Positions 40,975 to 53,708 of a stretch of DNA of 64,000 bases are shown in pieces. The position numbers and the translations under genes were made by a program. Each line of letters begins with the position of its first letter. The first letter of the stretch is position 1. The stretch lies in NCBI GenBank assembly GCA_963727775.1, contig CAVSHB010000001.1:480001-544000 (forward strand), read 5' to 3'. Source of the stretch: an uncultured Nitrospiraceae bacterium. Its GTDB lineage: Bacteria; Nitrospirota; Thermodesulfovibrionia; Thermodesulfovibrionales; SM23-35. The notes beneath the pieces are model-generated. The model saw only the letters and a list, made by a program, of their open reading frames with translations, did not search any database and was not told the origin of the DNA.

Positions 40975-41832
40975 ATGAAAATTCTGATTACCGGTGCAAA
41001 CGGACAGCTCGCCGGAGAGTTTAGGCGAGCGTTAGAAGAACGCAAACATGAGGTGGCTGCCTTTGATAAGAACAGCGTCGACATATCTGATCTGCGCAGC
41101 GTCACAGAGATTGTCGAACAATATAAGCCTGAAATTATTTTAAACTGCGCTGCATATAATTATGTGGATAGGGCTGAAGAGGATTTTGAGACCGCATATA
41201 GTGTGAACGCAACAGGGGTAAAAAACCTGTCCACTGTATGCAAAGAGAATGATGTCCTTTTGGTACATTACAGCAGCGATTACGTGTTTGACGGGAAAAA
41301 GGAGGATTTTTATACCGAGGAGGATGAGCCGAATCCGATTAACCGCTATGGAGAAAGCAAATTGGCCGGTGAAAAATTTTTACAGGCAGAGTCGGATAAT
41401 TTTTTGCTGTTCAGAGTGAGCTGGGTTTTTGGTGAAGGCAAACAGAATTTCCTTTATAAGTTGTTGGAGTGGGCAAAAAAGAACAAGGTGTTGAAAGTCG
41501 TTTCCGACCAGATAGCTGTCCCGACTTTTACTAAGGATATTGTGAATTTGACGATGTTTGCGATAGACAAAGGATTGAGAGGGGTTTACCATCTTACAAA
41601 CAGCGGATACGCTTCAAGGTATGAAGTGGCCCGATTTTTTATCGAAAGGCTCGGCATGGATGTCCTGATATTGCCTGTGAGTTCGGATTATTTCCCTTCA
41701 CCTGCCAAAAGGCCGTACTTTTCCGCGATGTCCAGTTTCAAGCTTTCAAATGACTTGAATGTGAGTGTTCCCGACTGGAAATTCGGCATCGAGAGATATG
41801 TAGAAACAATGTTTGAGACAATGGAGATCTGA
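40975..41832 (+). CDS. rfbD: dTDP-4-dehydrorhamnose reductase
   Basis: GANGQL, SSDYVFDG and YGESK. Confidence 0.95.
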   Translation: MKILITGANGQLAGEFRRALEERKHEVAAFDKNSVDISDLRSVTEIVEQYKPEIILNCAAYNYVDRAEEDFETAYSVNATGVKNLSTVCKENDVLLVHYSSDYVFDGKKEDFYTEEDEPNPINRYGESKLAGEKFLQAESDNFLLFRVSWVFGEGKQNFLYKLLEWAKKNKVLKVVSDQIAVPTFTKDIVNLTMFAIDKGLRGVYHLTNSGYASRYEVARFFIERLGMDVLILPVSSDYFPSPAKRPYFSAMSSFKLSNDLNVSVPDWKFGIERYVETMFETMEI

Positions 41833-42791
41833 TGAAGCTTTTGGTAACAGGCGGCGCAGGGTTTATCGGGAGCGAGTTTGTAAGACAGGGGGTAAGCAAA
41901 GGTCACAGGATAACAGTTATCGATAAACTTAGTTATGCCGGTGATTTGGATAGACTGAAGGAAGTAGAAGGGAAAATCACTTTTTTAAATATAGATATAA
42001 CCGACGGCAAAGCTGTCGGAGATGTCTTCAGATCAGAGAGGCCCGATTCCATCGTGCACTGGGCGGCGGAAAGCCATGTTGACAGAAGCATAGCAGATGC
42101 CTCTCCTTTTATTGATACAAACATCAAAGGGACACAGGTCCTCCTCGACGCTGCAAAAAACTCCGGTATCGGAAAGTTTATTAATATTTCTACTGATGAG
42201 GTATACGGCGATCTTACAGAGGAAGGGCAGTTTTATGAAACAACACCTCTCAACCCCAGCTCTCCTTATTCTGTAAGCAAGGCGTCTGCCGATATGCTTG
42301 GAAGGGCATATTACAGGACATACGGCTTGCCTGTAATAACCGTCAGGCCGTCGAACAATTATGGCCCCTGGCAATATCCCGAGAAGCTGATCCCGGTGGT
42401 CATATTGAAAGCCCTGAAGAATGAAAAGGTGCCTGTTTATGCAAAAGGAGAGAACATAAGGGAGTGGCTGTTTGTCTCGGATTGCGCGGATGCGGTATTC
42501 GCAATACTCGAAAAAGGCAATGCCGGCGAGATTTATAATTTGGGAAGCGGTGAAGAAAAGAGGAATATAGATGTCGTTAAAACCATATTGCATATACTGG
42601 GGAAACCGGAAGATTTGATAGAATTCGTAAAAGACAGATTAGGGCATGACTTTAGATATTCCTTAAATTCGGATAAAATAAGCGGGCAGGTAGGCCGGAA
42701 AAAGAAAACACTTTTTCCCGAGGGCATAGAGAAGACGGTAGGATGGTATGTGGACCATATGGATTGGGTGACCAAGAAGCTTATTTCTTAA
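41832..42791 (+). CDS. rfbB: dTDP-glucose 4,6-dehydratase
   Basis: GGAGFIG, AAESHVDRS, STDEVYG and YSVSK. Confidence 0.96.
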   Translation: MKLLVTGGAGFIGSEFVRQGVSKGHRITVIDKLSYAGDLDRLKEVEGKITFLNIDITDGKAVGDVFRSERPDSIVHWAAESHVDRSIADASPFIDTNIKGTQVLLDAAKNSGIGKFINISTDEVYGDLTEEGQFYETTPLNPSSPYSVSKASADMLGRAYYRTYGLPVITVRPSNNYGPWQYPEKLIPVVILKALKNEKVPVYAKGENIREWLFVSDCADAVFAILEKGNAGEIYNLGSGEEKRNIDVVKTILHILGKPEDLIEFVKDRLGHDFRYSLNSDKISGQVGRKKKTLFPEGIEKTVGWYVDHMDWVTKKLIS

Positions 42792-42909
42792 CCCCGAATA
42801 ATGCAGATATTGTTCCAAAATTTATTTAAATTGATGAATACAGATTGTTCCTGGAAAAAAAGCTTGAAACAGCTATAAAAGAAAAGGAACAGGTTTGGGG
42901 AGGTCGATA

Positions 42910-44382
42910 ATGAAGGCACTTATTCTTGCCGGCGGTTCCGGAACAAGGCTTTGGCCCTTAAGCAGAAAGAACTATCCAAAGCAGTTTCTGAAGCTTAATA
43001 CTCAAAGGTCTTTGTTACAGGAGACCGCCGAAAGGCTCTTGAAAGTCGCCCCTGCTGAAAACATTATTGTGATGACGAACAACGAATACAAGTTCCATGT
43101 TTTGTCCGACCTGCGCGCACTCTCTCTCAGCCAGGCTCCTATAAATAACATAATCCTTGAGCCGGTGGCCAGAAATACGGCGCCGGCTATAGCTCTCGGC
43201 ATAAAGTACTGTATGGAAAAACTTGGGTCTGCTGAGAATGAAGTATTGTTCATTTCTCCTTCGGACCATATTATCAGACCCCCTGAAAGGTTTGTCGACT
43301 ATGTAAAACTCGCAGAGGAAATAGCCCAAAAGGGCCACATCGTGACATTCGGCATCAAACCGACAAGAGCCGAGACAGGGTATGGATATATCAAAGCAAG
43401 AAAACAGGCAATGGCTGACAGTAAGCAGGAAGGGACAAAGCTCCCTATAAAAAAGGGAGAGGGAGTATTTACAGGCGGGAATTTTTATGGAGAATACTTT
43501 AAAGCGGAAAAATTTATGGAAAAACCGGATGCAGAGACTGCTAAGCAGTATCTGCATGAGGGTAATTATTACTGGAACTCCGGTATGTTTGCCTTCAGCA
43601 TAGGGACTATGCTTGAAGAATTTGGAAGGCATGCGCCTGAGATCAGGAAGATGCTTGATATGAATTTTGACGACCTGTCCGCAAACTTCAGCGAGATGCC
43701 TGATATCTCCATAGACTACGCGGTAGCTGAAAAATCCGACAAGATAGTAATAATGCCCCTTGATGTATACTGGAATGATATCGGCTCATGGGACTCTCTC
43801 TACGAGGTCATTGACAAGGACGATTCAGGGAATATCAAGATGGGGGACACCATTACAATAGATACGAAGGACACCCTCATAATGAGCAATAAGAGGCTTA
43901 TTTCGACAATTGGGTTGGAGGACTGTCTCATTGTCGACACTGACGATGCGGTCCTCATCGCGAAGAAAGGGGAGACCCAAAAAGTCAGAGAAGTAGTGTG
44001 CAGGCTGAATAAAGAGAACCGGAAAGAGGCGACGGAACATCTTACAACATATCGCCCATGGGGCAGCTATTCCGTGCTTGAAGAAGGTGAACGGTATAAA
44101 ATCAAGAGGATCGTGGTAAATCCCGGGGAAAGGCTGAGCCTTCAGATGCACTATCACAGGTCGGAGCATTGGGTTGTTGTGAGAGGCGCCGCGAAAGTTA
44201 CAATCGGAGAAAAGGATATATATATCCATGAGAATGAATCTGCGTATGTCCCGAAATCAACTCATCACAGACTCGAAAATCCGGGCAAGGTACCGCTGGA
44301 AATAATTGAAGTTCAGAACGGCGAATATGTCGGTGAGGACGATATAGTGAGAATGGATGATAAGTACGGTAGAAATAAGTAA
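42910..44382 (+). CDS. manC: Mannose-1-phosphate guanylyltransferase/mannose-6-phosphate isomerase
   Basis: GGSGTRLWPLSR..PKQF, WNDIGSW and a cupin C-terminus (RPWG, HRSEHW). Confidence 0.95.
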   Translation: MKALILAGGSGTRLWPLSRKNYPKQFLKLNTQRSLLQETAERLLKVAPAENIIVMTNNEYKFHVLSDLRALSLSQAPINNIILEPVARNTAPAIALGIKYCMEKLGSAENEVLFISPSDHIIRPPERFVDYVKLAEEIAQKGHIVTFGIKPTRAETGYGYIKARKQAMADSKQEGTKLPIKKGEGVFTGGNFYGEYFKAEKFMEKPDAETAKQYLHEGNYYWNSGMFAFSIGTMLEEFGRHAPEIRKMLDMNFDDLSANFSEMPDISIDYAVAEKSDKIVIMPLDVYWNDIGSWDSLYEVIDKDDSGNIKMGDTITIDTKDTLIMSNKRLISTIGLEDCLIVDTDDAVLIAKKGETQKVREVVCRLNKENRKEATEHLTTYRPWGSYSVLEEGERYKIKRIVVNPGERLSLQMHYHRSEHWVVVRGAAKVTIGEKDIYIHENESAYVPKSTHHRLENPGKVPLEIIEVQNGEYVGEDDIVRMDDKYGRNK

Positions 44383-44403
44383 AAAGGCAAGGAAGAGGTT
44401 GAT

Positions 44404-45561
44404 ATGAAAAAGGCTTTGATAACCGGCATCACAGGGCAGGACGGCTCTTACCTGACCGAATTGCTTTTGTCAAAAGGGTATGAAGTGCATGGGTTGGTCC
44501 GCCGGGCAAGTACATTCAACACCCACAGAATTGATCATCTGTACCAGGACCCGCACATACCGAATACAAGGCTTTTCCTGCAGTTTGGAGACTTGTCCGA
44601 TTCGGGACAATTGACCAATATTATTTACAACATCAAACCCGATGAAATCTATCACCTCGGGGCGCAGAGCCATGTCAGGGTCAGCTTTGACCTGCCGGAA
44701 TATACCGGGGATGTCACGGGGTTAGGCACGATAAGGATATTGGAGGCGGTCAGAAGGAGCGGGATCAAAACAAAGTTTTATCAGGCGTCGAGCAGCGAGA
44801 TGTTCGGGGCTGCCGGACCGCCCCAGAATGAAAAAACACCTTTTTGTCCGAGAAGCCCCTATGCTGCCGCGAAGGTTTATGCATACTGGATCACCGTGAA
44901 TTACAGGGAGGGTTATAAGCTTTTCAATTGCAACGGCATACTCTTCAACCACGAATCCCCCCGCAGGGGTGAGACGTTTGTTACGAGGAAGATTACAAGG
45001 GCAATTGCGAATATTACCGCAGGAAAGCAAAGGAGATTGTATCTCGGGAATCTCGACGCAAAGAGAGACTGGGGGTTCGCTCCTGAATATGTAGAGTGCC
45101 AGTGGCTGATACTCCAGCAGGATGAACCGGATGATTATGCGATCGGGACCGGCGAAAGCCATTCGGTAAGGGAATTTGTAGAAAAGGCGTTCAATTACGC
45201 GGGCATAGAGATAGAGTGGGTAGGCGAAGGGGCCGCCCAAAAAGGAAAAGTCCGTTCCCTGACTTCAAACTTGACCATCCCAACTTTAAAAACGGGAGAT
45301 ATTATCATCGAGATCGACCCGAAGTATTTCCGACCGACCGAGGTCGATTTCCTGCAGGCCGATATAAGCAAGGCAAGACAGAAACTCGGCTGGGAGCCAA
45401 GGACGACTTTCGATGAGCTTATTAAGATAATGGTCGACTATGACCTTAAACTGATAGGCCTGAAACCGGTCGGTGAAGGGATAGAAGCAAGCCTTAAAAA
45501 GGGTTTTACCTATACCAACCATGACTTTGCATTACATGAAAAAATACGTGAGAGATGCTGA
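44404..45561 (+). CDS. gmd: GDP-mannose 4,6-dehydratase
   Basis: [15 protein letters not shown] and [16 protein letters not shown]. Confidence 0.97.
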   Translation: MKKALITGITGQDGSYLTELLLSKGYEVHGLVRRASTFNTHRIDHLYQDPHIPNTRLFLQFGDLSDSGQLTNIIYNIKPDEIYHLGAQSHVRVSFDLPEYTGDVTGLGTIRILEAVRRSGIKTKFYQASSSEMFGAAGPPQNEKTPFCPRSPYAAAKVYAYWITVNYREGYKLFNCNGILFNHESPRRGETFVTRKITRAIANITAGKQRRLYLGNLDAKRDWGFAPEYVECQWLILQQDEPDDYAIGTGESHSVREFVEKAFNYAGIEIEWVGEGAAQKGKVRSLTSNLTIPTLKTGDIIIEIDPKYFRPTEVDFLQADISKARQKLGWEPRTTFDELIKIMVDYDLKLIGLKPVGEGIEASLKKGFTYTNHDFALHEKIRERC

Positions 45562-45658
45562 TAAAGACTTGCAGCCCCTTCTCAACTCCTAAGGTAAAGG
45601 GAACGAAGGAGGGGTTATGCTTTAGAACCTTGTTACAGCGGGTAACGTTTATTTATAG

Positions 45659-46722
45659 ATGAGCAAGGATTCCAGGATATACATTGCAGGTCATCGGGGC
45701 CTTGTCGGCTCGGCAATCCTGAGAAAACTGCGTGGAATGGAATTCACGGACCTTGTAACAAGGACGAGCGGAGAGCTTGACCTCAGAAGGCAGAATGATA
45801 CGGAAAATTTCTTTGCAAAAGAAAAACCTGACTATGTCTTTCTTGCAGCTGCAAAGGTAGGAGGTATCCTTGCGAATGATACATACAGGGCCGAGTTTAT
45901 TTATAACAATATAATTATCGCAGCCAACGCAATACATTCTTCGTACACATGCGGAGTAAAAAAACTGCTTAATCTCGGTTCTTCATGCATATATCCAAAA
46001 CTCGCGCCTCAGCCGATGAAAGAGGAGTATTTATTGACCGGACCCCTGGAGCCTACCAACGAACCATATGCAATAGCCAAGATATCCGCCATAAAACTCT
46101 GCAGGTACTACAATGAGCAGTACGGCACTAATTTTATTTCAGTAATGCCTACAAACTTATACGGTCCTAATGACAACTTCAACCTTCAGACCTCACATGT
46201 GCTCCCTGCATTGATCAGGAAGATGCACCTGGGGAAATGTTTGCATGAAGGCGACTTCGATATGATTAGAAAAGATTTGATAAAATATCCGCCGGGCGGC
46301 TGTGACGTATCTCAGATGGCAAGGGCGGATATTACTGAATGTCTCGCGACGTATGGTATTAAGACCGATCATTCCTCACGCTCGACGGTAGTGAATCTAT
46401 GGGGCAGCGGGAAGCCGTACAGAGAGTTTTTGTATGTTGATGACCTTGCCGAGGCCTGTATTTTCCTTATGGAAAACTATGACGCCGGGTCAGGCGAATT
46501 CATAAACATCGGTACAGGAGAAGATTTGACGATCAAACAGCTTGCAGAATTAGTGAAGGAAATAGTCGGCTTCCTGGCCAAATACAATGGGACCCGACAA
46601 AACCCGATGGAACACCGAGAAAGCTCCTCGATGTTTCGAAACTGCAATCGCTCGGATGGCGGCCAAAGATATCTCTAAAAGAAGGGATAAGAAGAACATA
46701 CGAATGGTATGCCGCGAATTAG
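45659..46722 (+). CDS. fcl: GDP-L-fucose synthase, with apparent 1-nt deletion at about 46573
   Basis: [17 protein letters not shown] and YAIAK. The conserved [16 protein letters not shown]-terminus continues in another frame to 46722. Confidence 0.9.
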
Positions 46723-47013
46723 TCTAAGAAAACGTTCAATATTCTATGGTGGAGAAAAGAACAGTAAGAAAATAACCCGGAACATCGAACATGAATTATA
46801 AAGGTAAATTGAATTTAGAGGAATTGAAGAAAAGATACTGGAAATTGATCGTTTTATCCGGCGATAGGAACTGGGAGATCTGGCTGGCGGTTGCGGCAGC
46901 ACTGATCGTGGGTGTAATTATAATTTTGACGATATTACGTTAAATGGTAGCAAAGCAACTATGGACCTATCAGAAATATTAAACTTGAGGCCGCTCATTA
47001 AGGAAAATAAAGC

Positions 47014-47964
47014 ATGAAGAATATATCAGGCAAGCGTATTCTCGTTACCGGGGGAGCAGGTTTTCTCGGTTCTCATCTTTGTGAACAACTGCTCAGTAAA
47101 GGGCATGAAGTTATCTGCGTGGATAATTTCTACACCGGGCGAAGGGCGAATATTGCCCATCTCATCAGGGACCCTTATTTTGAAGTATTGAGGCATGACA
47201 TTTGTTTCCCGTTATATGTAGAGGTCGACGAAATCTATAACCTTGCCTGTCCCGCTTCTCCGATTCATTACCAGTTCGATCCCGTGCAGACCACAAAGAC
47301 CTCTGTCCATGGAAGCATCAATATGCTCGGGCTTGCAAAACGGGTGAAAGCCAGGATATTGCAGGCGTCGACAAGTGAAGTATACGGAGACCCTTTGGTC
47401 CATCCGCAGACTGAAAATTACTGGGGCAATGTAAATCCCGTAGGCTTAAGATCATGCTACGATGAAGGAAAACGCTGTGCGGAGACACTATTCTTTGATT
47501 ATCACCGGCAGCACAAATTGCAGATAAAAGTCGCAAGAATTTTCAATACCTACGGCCCGAGGATGCATCCCAACGACGGGCGTGTCGTGAGCAATTTTAT
47601 AATGCAGGCGTTGAAAGGAGAAGATATAACCGTTTTCGGTGAAGGTAAACAGACGAGGAGTTTCTGCTATGTGGATGACTTGGTAGACGGCTTGATCAAA
47701 CTTATGAACAGCCCTGATGATTTTACCGGCCCTGTAAATTTAGGGAACCCCGTTGAATTCACTATACTTGAACTTGCCGGGAAGGTCATTAAAATGACAG
47801 GTTCCCGATCTCAAATAGTCTTTCAACCTCTCCCGCCCGATGACCCAACTCAGCGGCAGCCGGATATATCAACAGCAAAGAGCATCCTTAATTGGGAGCC
47901 AAAGATACAGCTGCAAAAAGGTTTAAAAAAGACCATTGATTATTTTCGAGTTCTTATAAAATGA
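47014..47964 (+). CDS. UDP-glucuronate decarboxylase (UXS-like)
   Basis: [25 protein letters not shown] and DGRVVSNF. Confidence 0.93.
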   Translation: MKNISGKRILVTGGAGFLGSHLCEQLLSKGHEVICVDNFYTGRRANIAHLIRDPYFEVLRHDICFPLYVEVDEIYNLACPASPIHYQFDPVQTTKTSVHGSINMLGLAKRVKARILQASTSEVYGDPLVHPQTENYWGNVNPVGLRSCYDEGKRCAETLFFDYHRQHKLQIKVARIFNTYGPRMHPNDGRVVSNFIMQALKGEDITVFGEGKQTRSFCYVDDLVDGLIKLMNSPDDFTGPVNLGNPVEFTILELAGKVIKMTGSRSQIVFQPLPPDDPTQRQPDISTAKSILNWEPKIQLQKGLKKTIDYFRVLIK

Positions 47965-48066
47965 AAAGGCCTGAATTTACTAATCTTTCACCTAAATCTG
48001 ATGCCTTGACAATCTCCTGTTTAGCGCATTTCCACCCCGAGAGTAAAATTTAAATGAAGGAAATGA

Positions 48067-49047
<981 letters not shown>

Positions 49048-49051
<4 letters not shown>

Positions 49052-50268
49052 AAGTTGTCCCTTACAGCAGACAAGGCATTGATAAGGGAGATATTCAAGA
49101 AGTTGTAAAGGTCTTAAGAAGTGATTTCATTACGCAGGGGCCCAAAATACCTGAATTTGAAAAAGCGCTTGCAAAATACTGTGGTTCTAAATATGCAGTT
49201 GTTTTTAATTCAGGGACGTCGGCGTTGCACGGTGCATATTTTGCCGCCGGACTCAAAAAAGGGAATGAGTTCATTACATCTCCGATTACGTTTGTTGCCA
49301 CTTCCAACGCGGGGTTGTATCTGGGAGCAAAGCCGGTTTTTGTTGACGTTGAAAGGGACACAGGCAATATAGATGTAAACAAGATCGCGGCAAAGATCAC
49401 GGAAAAGACAAGGCTTTTGGTTCCGGTCCATTACGCAGGGCATTCGGTTGACCTGAACAAAATCAACGCCCTTGCAAAAAAGCACAACCTCACCGTTATT
49501 GAAGACGCCTGCCATGCACTGGGCGCTAAATATGAAGGAGAAAAGATAGGAAGCTGCAAGTATTCCGATATGACTGTCCTAAGCTTTCATCCTGTAAAGC
49601 ATATTACCACAGGAGAAGGCGGCGCGGTCCTCACGAATAAAAAAGATTATTATGAAAAGCTTTTGATGTTCAGAAATCACGGTATTACTAAAGACAGATC
49701 ACGATTCACGGTTCACGATTCACAATTCACAGGCGACTGGTATTACGAAATGCAGCTGCTGGGCTATAACTACAGGATGACGGACATACAGGCTGCACTC
49801 GGGATTTCACAGCTCAAAAAACTTGATTCATTCGTTGAAAAAAGAAGAGCCATAGCAGACTTTTATAACAAAGCTTTCAAAAACAATCCTTATTTCGAAA
49901 TCCCTACCGAAAAGGATTATGCTTATTCATCATACCATCTCTATCCGATAAGACTAAAAGATAAATATAAAGGCAAAAAAAATATGCTTTTTGCTGACTT
50001 GCGGGGAAATGGCCTCGGTGTCCAGGTGCATTACATACCTGTATACCGGCAACCCTATTACAAGGCCTTGGGATACAAGAAGGGTTTATGTCCTGCTGCA
50101 GAAGATTTTTACCATGGAGAGATAAGCATCCCTATCTATCCGGGGATGAAAGAAGAAGATATGAGATATGTAATAGGAAAGTTGAAACATGCATTTGATT
50201 TGACGGACAAACATATTTCAAAAAAATCAGAGATGCAAGGCATGTCCCTTGCGAAACTCTTAAGCTAA
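49048..50268 (+). CDS. pseC: UDP-4-amino-4,6-dideoxy-AltNAc transaminase PseC
   Basis: PYSRQ.I, TQGP, SFHPVKHITTGEGG and GVQVHYIPV. Confidence 0.92.
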
Positions 50269-50386
50269 AAATTTCCCCGAGTTCTTTTGCATTTATTTAT
50301 GCACGTCTTTTCTTGATTGAAGAAGAAATTAAATATGCAATAAAAACTATCCGAGAACAATTTGATCAATTAATTCTTAAAATTTT

Positions 50387-51040
50387 ATGACAGAACAAAT
50401 CAACAAATGGAAAAGCGAATTTGGTGATGAATATATACAAAGGAATCTTTTCAAGCCGGAAGAAATTGATAATTTATATCTAAGCAGATACGGGATTTCC
50501 CGGATCTCAATGAACGAGATGTTTTTAAATTTCTTAGATAGAAACGTAAAAATATTAGAAGTTGGAACAAATATCGGCCTGCAATTAAATTTGCTTTCAA
50601 AGGTGGGCTTCCAAAATTTATACGGGATCGAGGTAAATCCTTTTGCGATTAAAACTTCACAAGGACTTAATGAAGGGTTGCCTATATATATAATCGAAGC
50701 TTCTGCCTTTGATATACCGTTTAAGGATAATTGGTTCGATTTAGTTTTCACATCGGGTGTACTGATCCATATTCATCCAAAAGATATATCCAATGCTATG
50801 AGCGAAATCTATAGATGCACTAACAATTATATCTGGTGTTTTGAAGATTTTGAAGAAGAAGGGTACAGGGAGATTATGTACAAAGGGAAATCTAATTTGC
50901 TATGGAAAGCTAATTTCAAAAAATTATTTTTGGACCATTTCTCTGATCTTAGAGTAATTAAAGAAAGTTTTTATCCTTATATAAAGGAGCCCAAATTAGT
51001 TGACCATATGTTTTTACTTAAAAAGGTAAGAAGCGAATGA
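50387..51040 (+). CDS. Pseudaminic acid biosynthesis-associated methylase
   Basis: WKSEFGDEYIQRN, ILEVGTNIG and DLVFTSGVLIHI. Confidence 0.82.
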   Translation: MTEQINKWKSEFGDEYIQRNLFKPEEIDNLYLSRYGISRISMNEMFLNFLDRNVKILEVGTNIGLQLNLLSKVGFQNLYGIEVNPFAIKTSQGLNEGLPIYIIEASAFDIPFKDNWFDLVFTSGVLIHIHPKDISNAMSEIYRCTNNYIWCFEDFEEEGYREIMYKGKSNLLWKANFKKLFLDHFSDLRVIKESFYPYIKEPKLVDHMFLLKKVRSE

Positions 51041-51894
51041 AAATTGGAGCAATTATTCAGGCAAGAACATCATCAACGAGATTGCCGAATAAGGTCTTAA
51101 AAGAATTGCCTTACGGAAGCAAAGTAAGTGTTTTACAGCAGGTCATCAGAAGACTCAAAAAATCAGAAAAAATAAAGCATATTATTATTGCTACTACACC
51201 TGATAAGCAAGATCAGGAAATTGTAAAGAAAGCCAGAAAAGAAAGTGTCAAATGGTTCATCGGCAGTAAAGAAGATGTTTTAAGCAGATACTATCTGGCG
51301 GCAAAAGAAAACAAATTAGATATTGTTGTAAGAGTCACAAGCGATTGTCCATGCATTGACCCGAAAATAGTTGATCTTGTTATATCAAGACATCTGAAAA
51401 CTAATGCAGATTATACGTCAAATAGTTTAAAAAGAACCTTTCCACACGGTTTAGATACCGAGGTCATGAATTTTTCCACTTTAGAAAGAGCATACCATGA
51501 AGCTAATCAGGATTTTGAAAGGGAGCATGTTACCCCATTTATATATAAAACCAAAGCGGATGTATTTAGGATAACTTCAATAGAAGCACCTAAAAATATA
51601 TATTATCCTGACATCAGAATAACCCTTGATACAGAGGAAGATTATGCACTGCTTTGCGCTGTTTTTGACTATCTGTATCCTGGAAATGAACTTTTTGACA
51701 CAAAAGATATCATAAGGCTATTCAAAGAAAAACCCTGGCTTAAATTAATCAATAAGCATGTTGTCCAGAAGAAATTATTCGATTCCTTGGAAGATGAAAT
51801 TAAAGAGGCTATAAAAATATGTGATTTGCAGGACTTAAAAAGAGCGAGAGAGGTATTCGAATCCCGATTAAATGAAGATAATTTTAGTAACTGA
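51037..51894 (+). CDS. SpsF-like acylneuraminate cytidylyltransferase (PseF role)
   Basis: IIQARTSSTRLPNKVL, RVTSDCP, REHVTP and RITLDTEED. Confidence 0.88.
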   Translation: MKIGAIIQARTSSTRLPNKVLKELPYGSKVSVLQQVIRRLKKSEKIKHIIIATTPDKQDQEIVKKARKESVKWFIGSKEDVLSRYYLAAKENKLDIVVRVTSDCPCIDPKIVDLVISRHLKTNADYTSNSLKRTFPHGLDTEVMNFSTLERAYHEANQDFEREHVTPFIYKTKADVFRITSIEAPKNIYYPDIRITLDTEEDYALLCAVFDYLYPGNELFDTKDIIRLFKEKPWLKLINKHVVQKKLFDSLEDEIKEAIKICDLQDLKRAREVFESRLNEDNFSN

Positions 51895-52115
51895 GGGAAG
51901 TCAAAACATGGGTTTGGTTATGCAACAAGGTGTAGTGCTTTGTATCAGGCTTTTGAAGAAGAAATGATAAGAATATATCTCATAAGATCTTATATAATTT
52001 GGATAAATTAAGCAGCTTCAAAATGAGAGTGGAGAGGTCTCAAAAAGGCAAGAATTTCGTCGATGATTGTAGTGTTATTAGAATTGTTAATATTTTGAAA
52101 AGGAGCATATCTTGT
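51872..52115 (+). pseudogene. Collapsed pseG/spsG remnant
   Basis: MKIILVTEGSQNMG../..ATRCSALYQAFEE (N-terminus-like) and SQKGKNFVDDCSVIRIVNIL (C-terminus-like), with the middle missing. Confidence 0.55.
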
Positions 52116-52798
52116 TAATCACGGAACTCGAGGGATTAAAATTCCCTGATGAATATGTTACCAGATTTTATTTTAAAGAAGGGTTGGATAAAACAAATGG
52201 AAAAGTCTTAGAACTTGGATGTGGCAATGGTAATAATTTGCTGATGTTTTATCAATATGGCTGGGAAGTAGTTGGTATAGATATTAGCAAGCACTTTATT
52301 AAACAGGCTGAGAGAAATTTTAGATTGTCTGAAAAATATTATGGGCTTTCAAATAGATTTACATTTTTTGCACAAGATATGCTTAATTTTGTTAGAAATT
52401 ACAATGGCCAATCTTTTGATGTTCTCCTTTTACCTAATGTTATCTGTTATTTAAGGTATACACAGATACTAAAATTATTTTCTGAGATAAGAGAAAATAA
52501 GGTTATTGACAATAATTCATTCATATTTATTAGAACAAGGAGTCCACAGGATTATAGATATAGAAGAGGAAAAAAGTGCGGAGATAAAACCTTCAAGTTG
52601 CAAATAGAAGAGACGGGGGAGAAAGGATGCTTGAATACTTTTCTCTTGGAATCCGAGCTTGAAGCCATTATAGAGAATGAATTTTGTCTTGACTTTAAAC
52701 GGATATTTCAATGCAGATTTGATAATTATCAAAGCGGTTGCTTCATTGCAAATTCTGATATTATTTTTTGGGGTAAGGTAAGAGAATTCAAGAAATAG
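52112..52798 (+). CDS. Class I SAM-dependent methyltransferase
   Basis: VLELGCGNGNN and VVGIDIS. Confidence 0.85.
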   Translation: MLITELEGLKFPDEYVTRFYFKEGLDKTNGKVLELGCGNGNNLLMFYQYGWEVVGIDISKHFIKQAERNFRLSEKYYGLSNRFTFFAQDMLNFVRNYNGQSFDVLLLPNVICYLRYTQILKLFSEIRENKVIDNNSFIFIRTRSPQDYRYRRGKKCGDKTFKLQIEETGEKGCLNTFLLESELEAIIENEFCLDFKRIFQCRFDNYQSGCFIANSDIIFWGKVREFKK

Positions 52799-52801
52799 CA
52801 A

Positions 52802-53524
52802 ATGAAATGTGCAATAATGCAGCCCACTTATATCCCTTGGCTTGGTTATTTTGATCTCATTGATCAGGTTGATATCTTCGTATTTTTAGATATTGTTCAG
52901 TTGGTAAGAAGAAGTTGGCAGGTAAGGAATAGGATCAAAACGAAACAAGGAGAGCTATACTTAACAATACCTGTAAAAAAAACAAAAAGCAGAAATGATA
53001 CAATTCTTTATGAATCATTCATAGACGATGACCAGCCGTGGAGGCAAAAACACTTAAAGAGTATTATAACAGCTTACAGTAAAGCACATTTTTTTAAGGA
53101 AGTATATCCTGTCATAGAAGATATTATACAGAATGATCAGATAGTCCTCTCAAAGTTTACTGTAAAGTTAATCAAAACCATTTGTCAAAAGATGGGGATA
53201 GACAAGGAATTTATTGAGACATCAAATCTGCAAAATATTCATGGTCGAAAGGACACTTTATTAGTCAATATCTGCAAAGCTGAAAATTGCGATGAATACA
53301 TTTCACCGAGAGGATCGGCAGTTTATATTGAAAGAGAGTCCCCTAGTGGCGAATTCACCGAGAATAAAATTCATCTGTATTATCACGACTATGAACATCC
53401 GCATTACAGCCAGCTTCACGGAGAATTTATTCCACACATGAGCATTATCGACTTGCTTTTTAATCATGGATTTAATGAAAGCTTGCAGATCATAAGAAAA
53501 GGAAGAAATAATAGAGTTATTTAA
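52802..53524 (+). CDS. WbqC-family protein
   Basis: IMQPTYIPWLGYF, WQVRNRIK and MSIIDLLFN. Confidence 0.9.
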   Translation: MKCAIMQPTYIPWLGYFDLIDQVDIFVFLDIVQLVRRSWQVRNRIKTKQGELYLTIPVKKTKSRNDTILYESFIDDDQPWRQKHLKSIITAYSKAHFFKEVYPVIEDIIQNDQIVLSKFTVKLIKTICQKMGIDKEFIETSNLQNIHGRKDTLLVNICKAENCDEYISPRGSAVYIERESPSGEFTENKIHLYYHDYEHPHYSQLHGEFIPHMSIIDLLFNHGFNESLQIIRKGRNNRVI

Positions 53525-53708
53525 GAATAAACCGTGGCTTAAATACATTAATGGTAAGGTGGCACAAAAAAAAGTGTTCAGAACCTTGACAGAAGAACTG
53601 GAGCAAACTGTAAGAATACTGGATCTTCAAAATCTTAAGAGGGCATGGAATTACATCAGAGAAATCTATTTCGCAGGAAAGTGTATTGAAGATATTATTC
53701 CGTGTTGA
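53505..53708 (+). pseudogene. 3' remnant of a second spsF-like gene
   Basis: EIIELFKNKPWLKYINGKVAQKK...DLQNLKRA aligns by eye with the C-terminus of 51037-51894. Confidence 0.75.
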
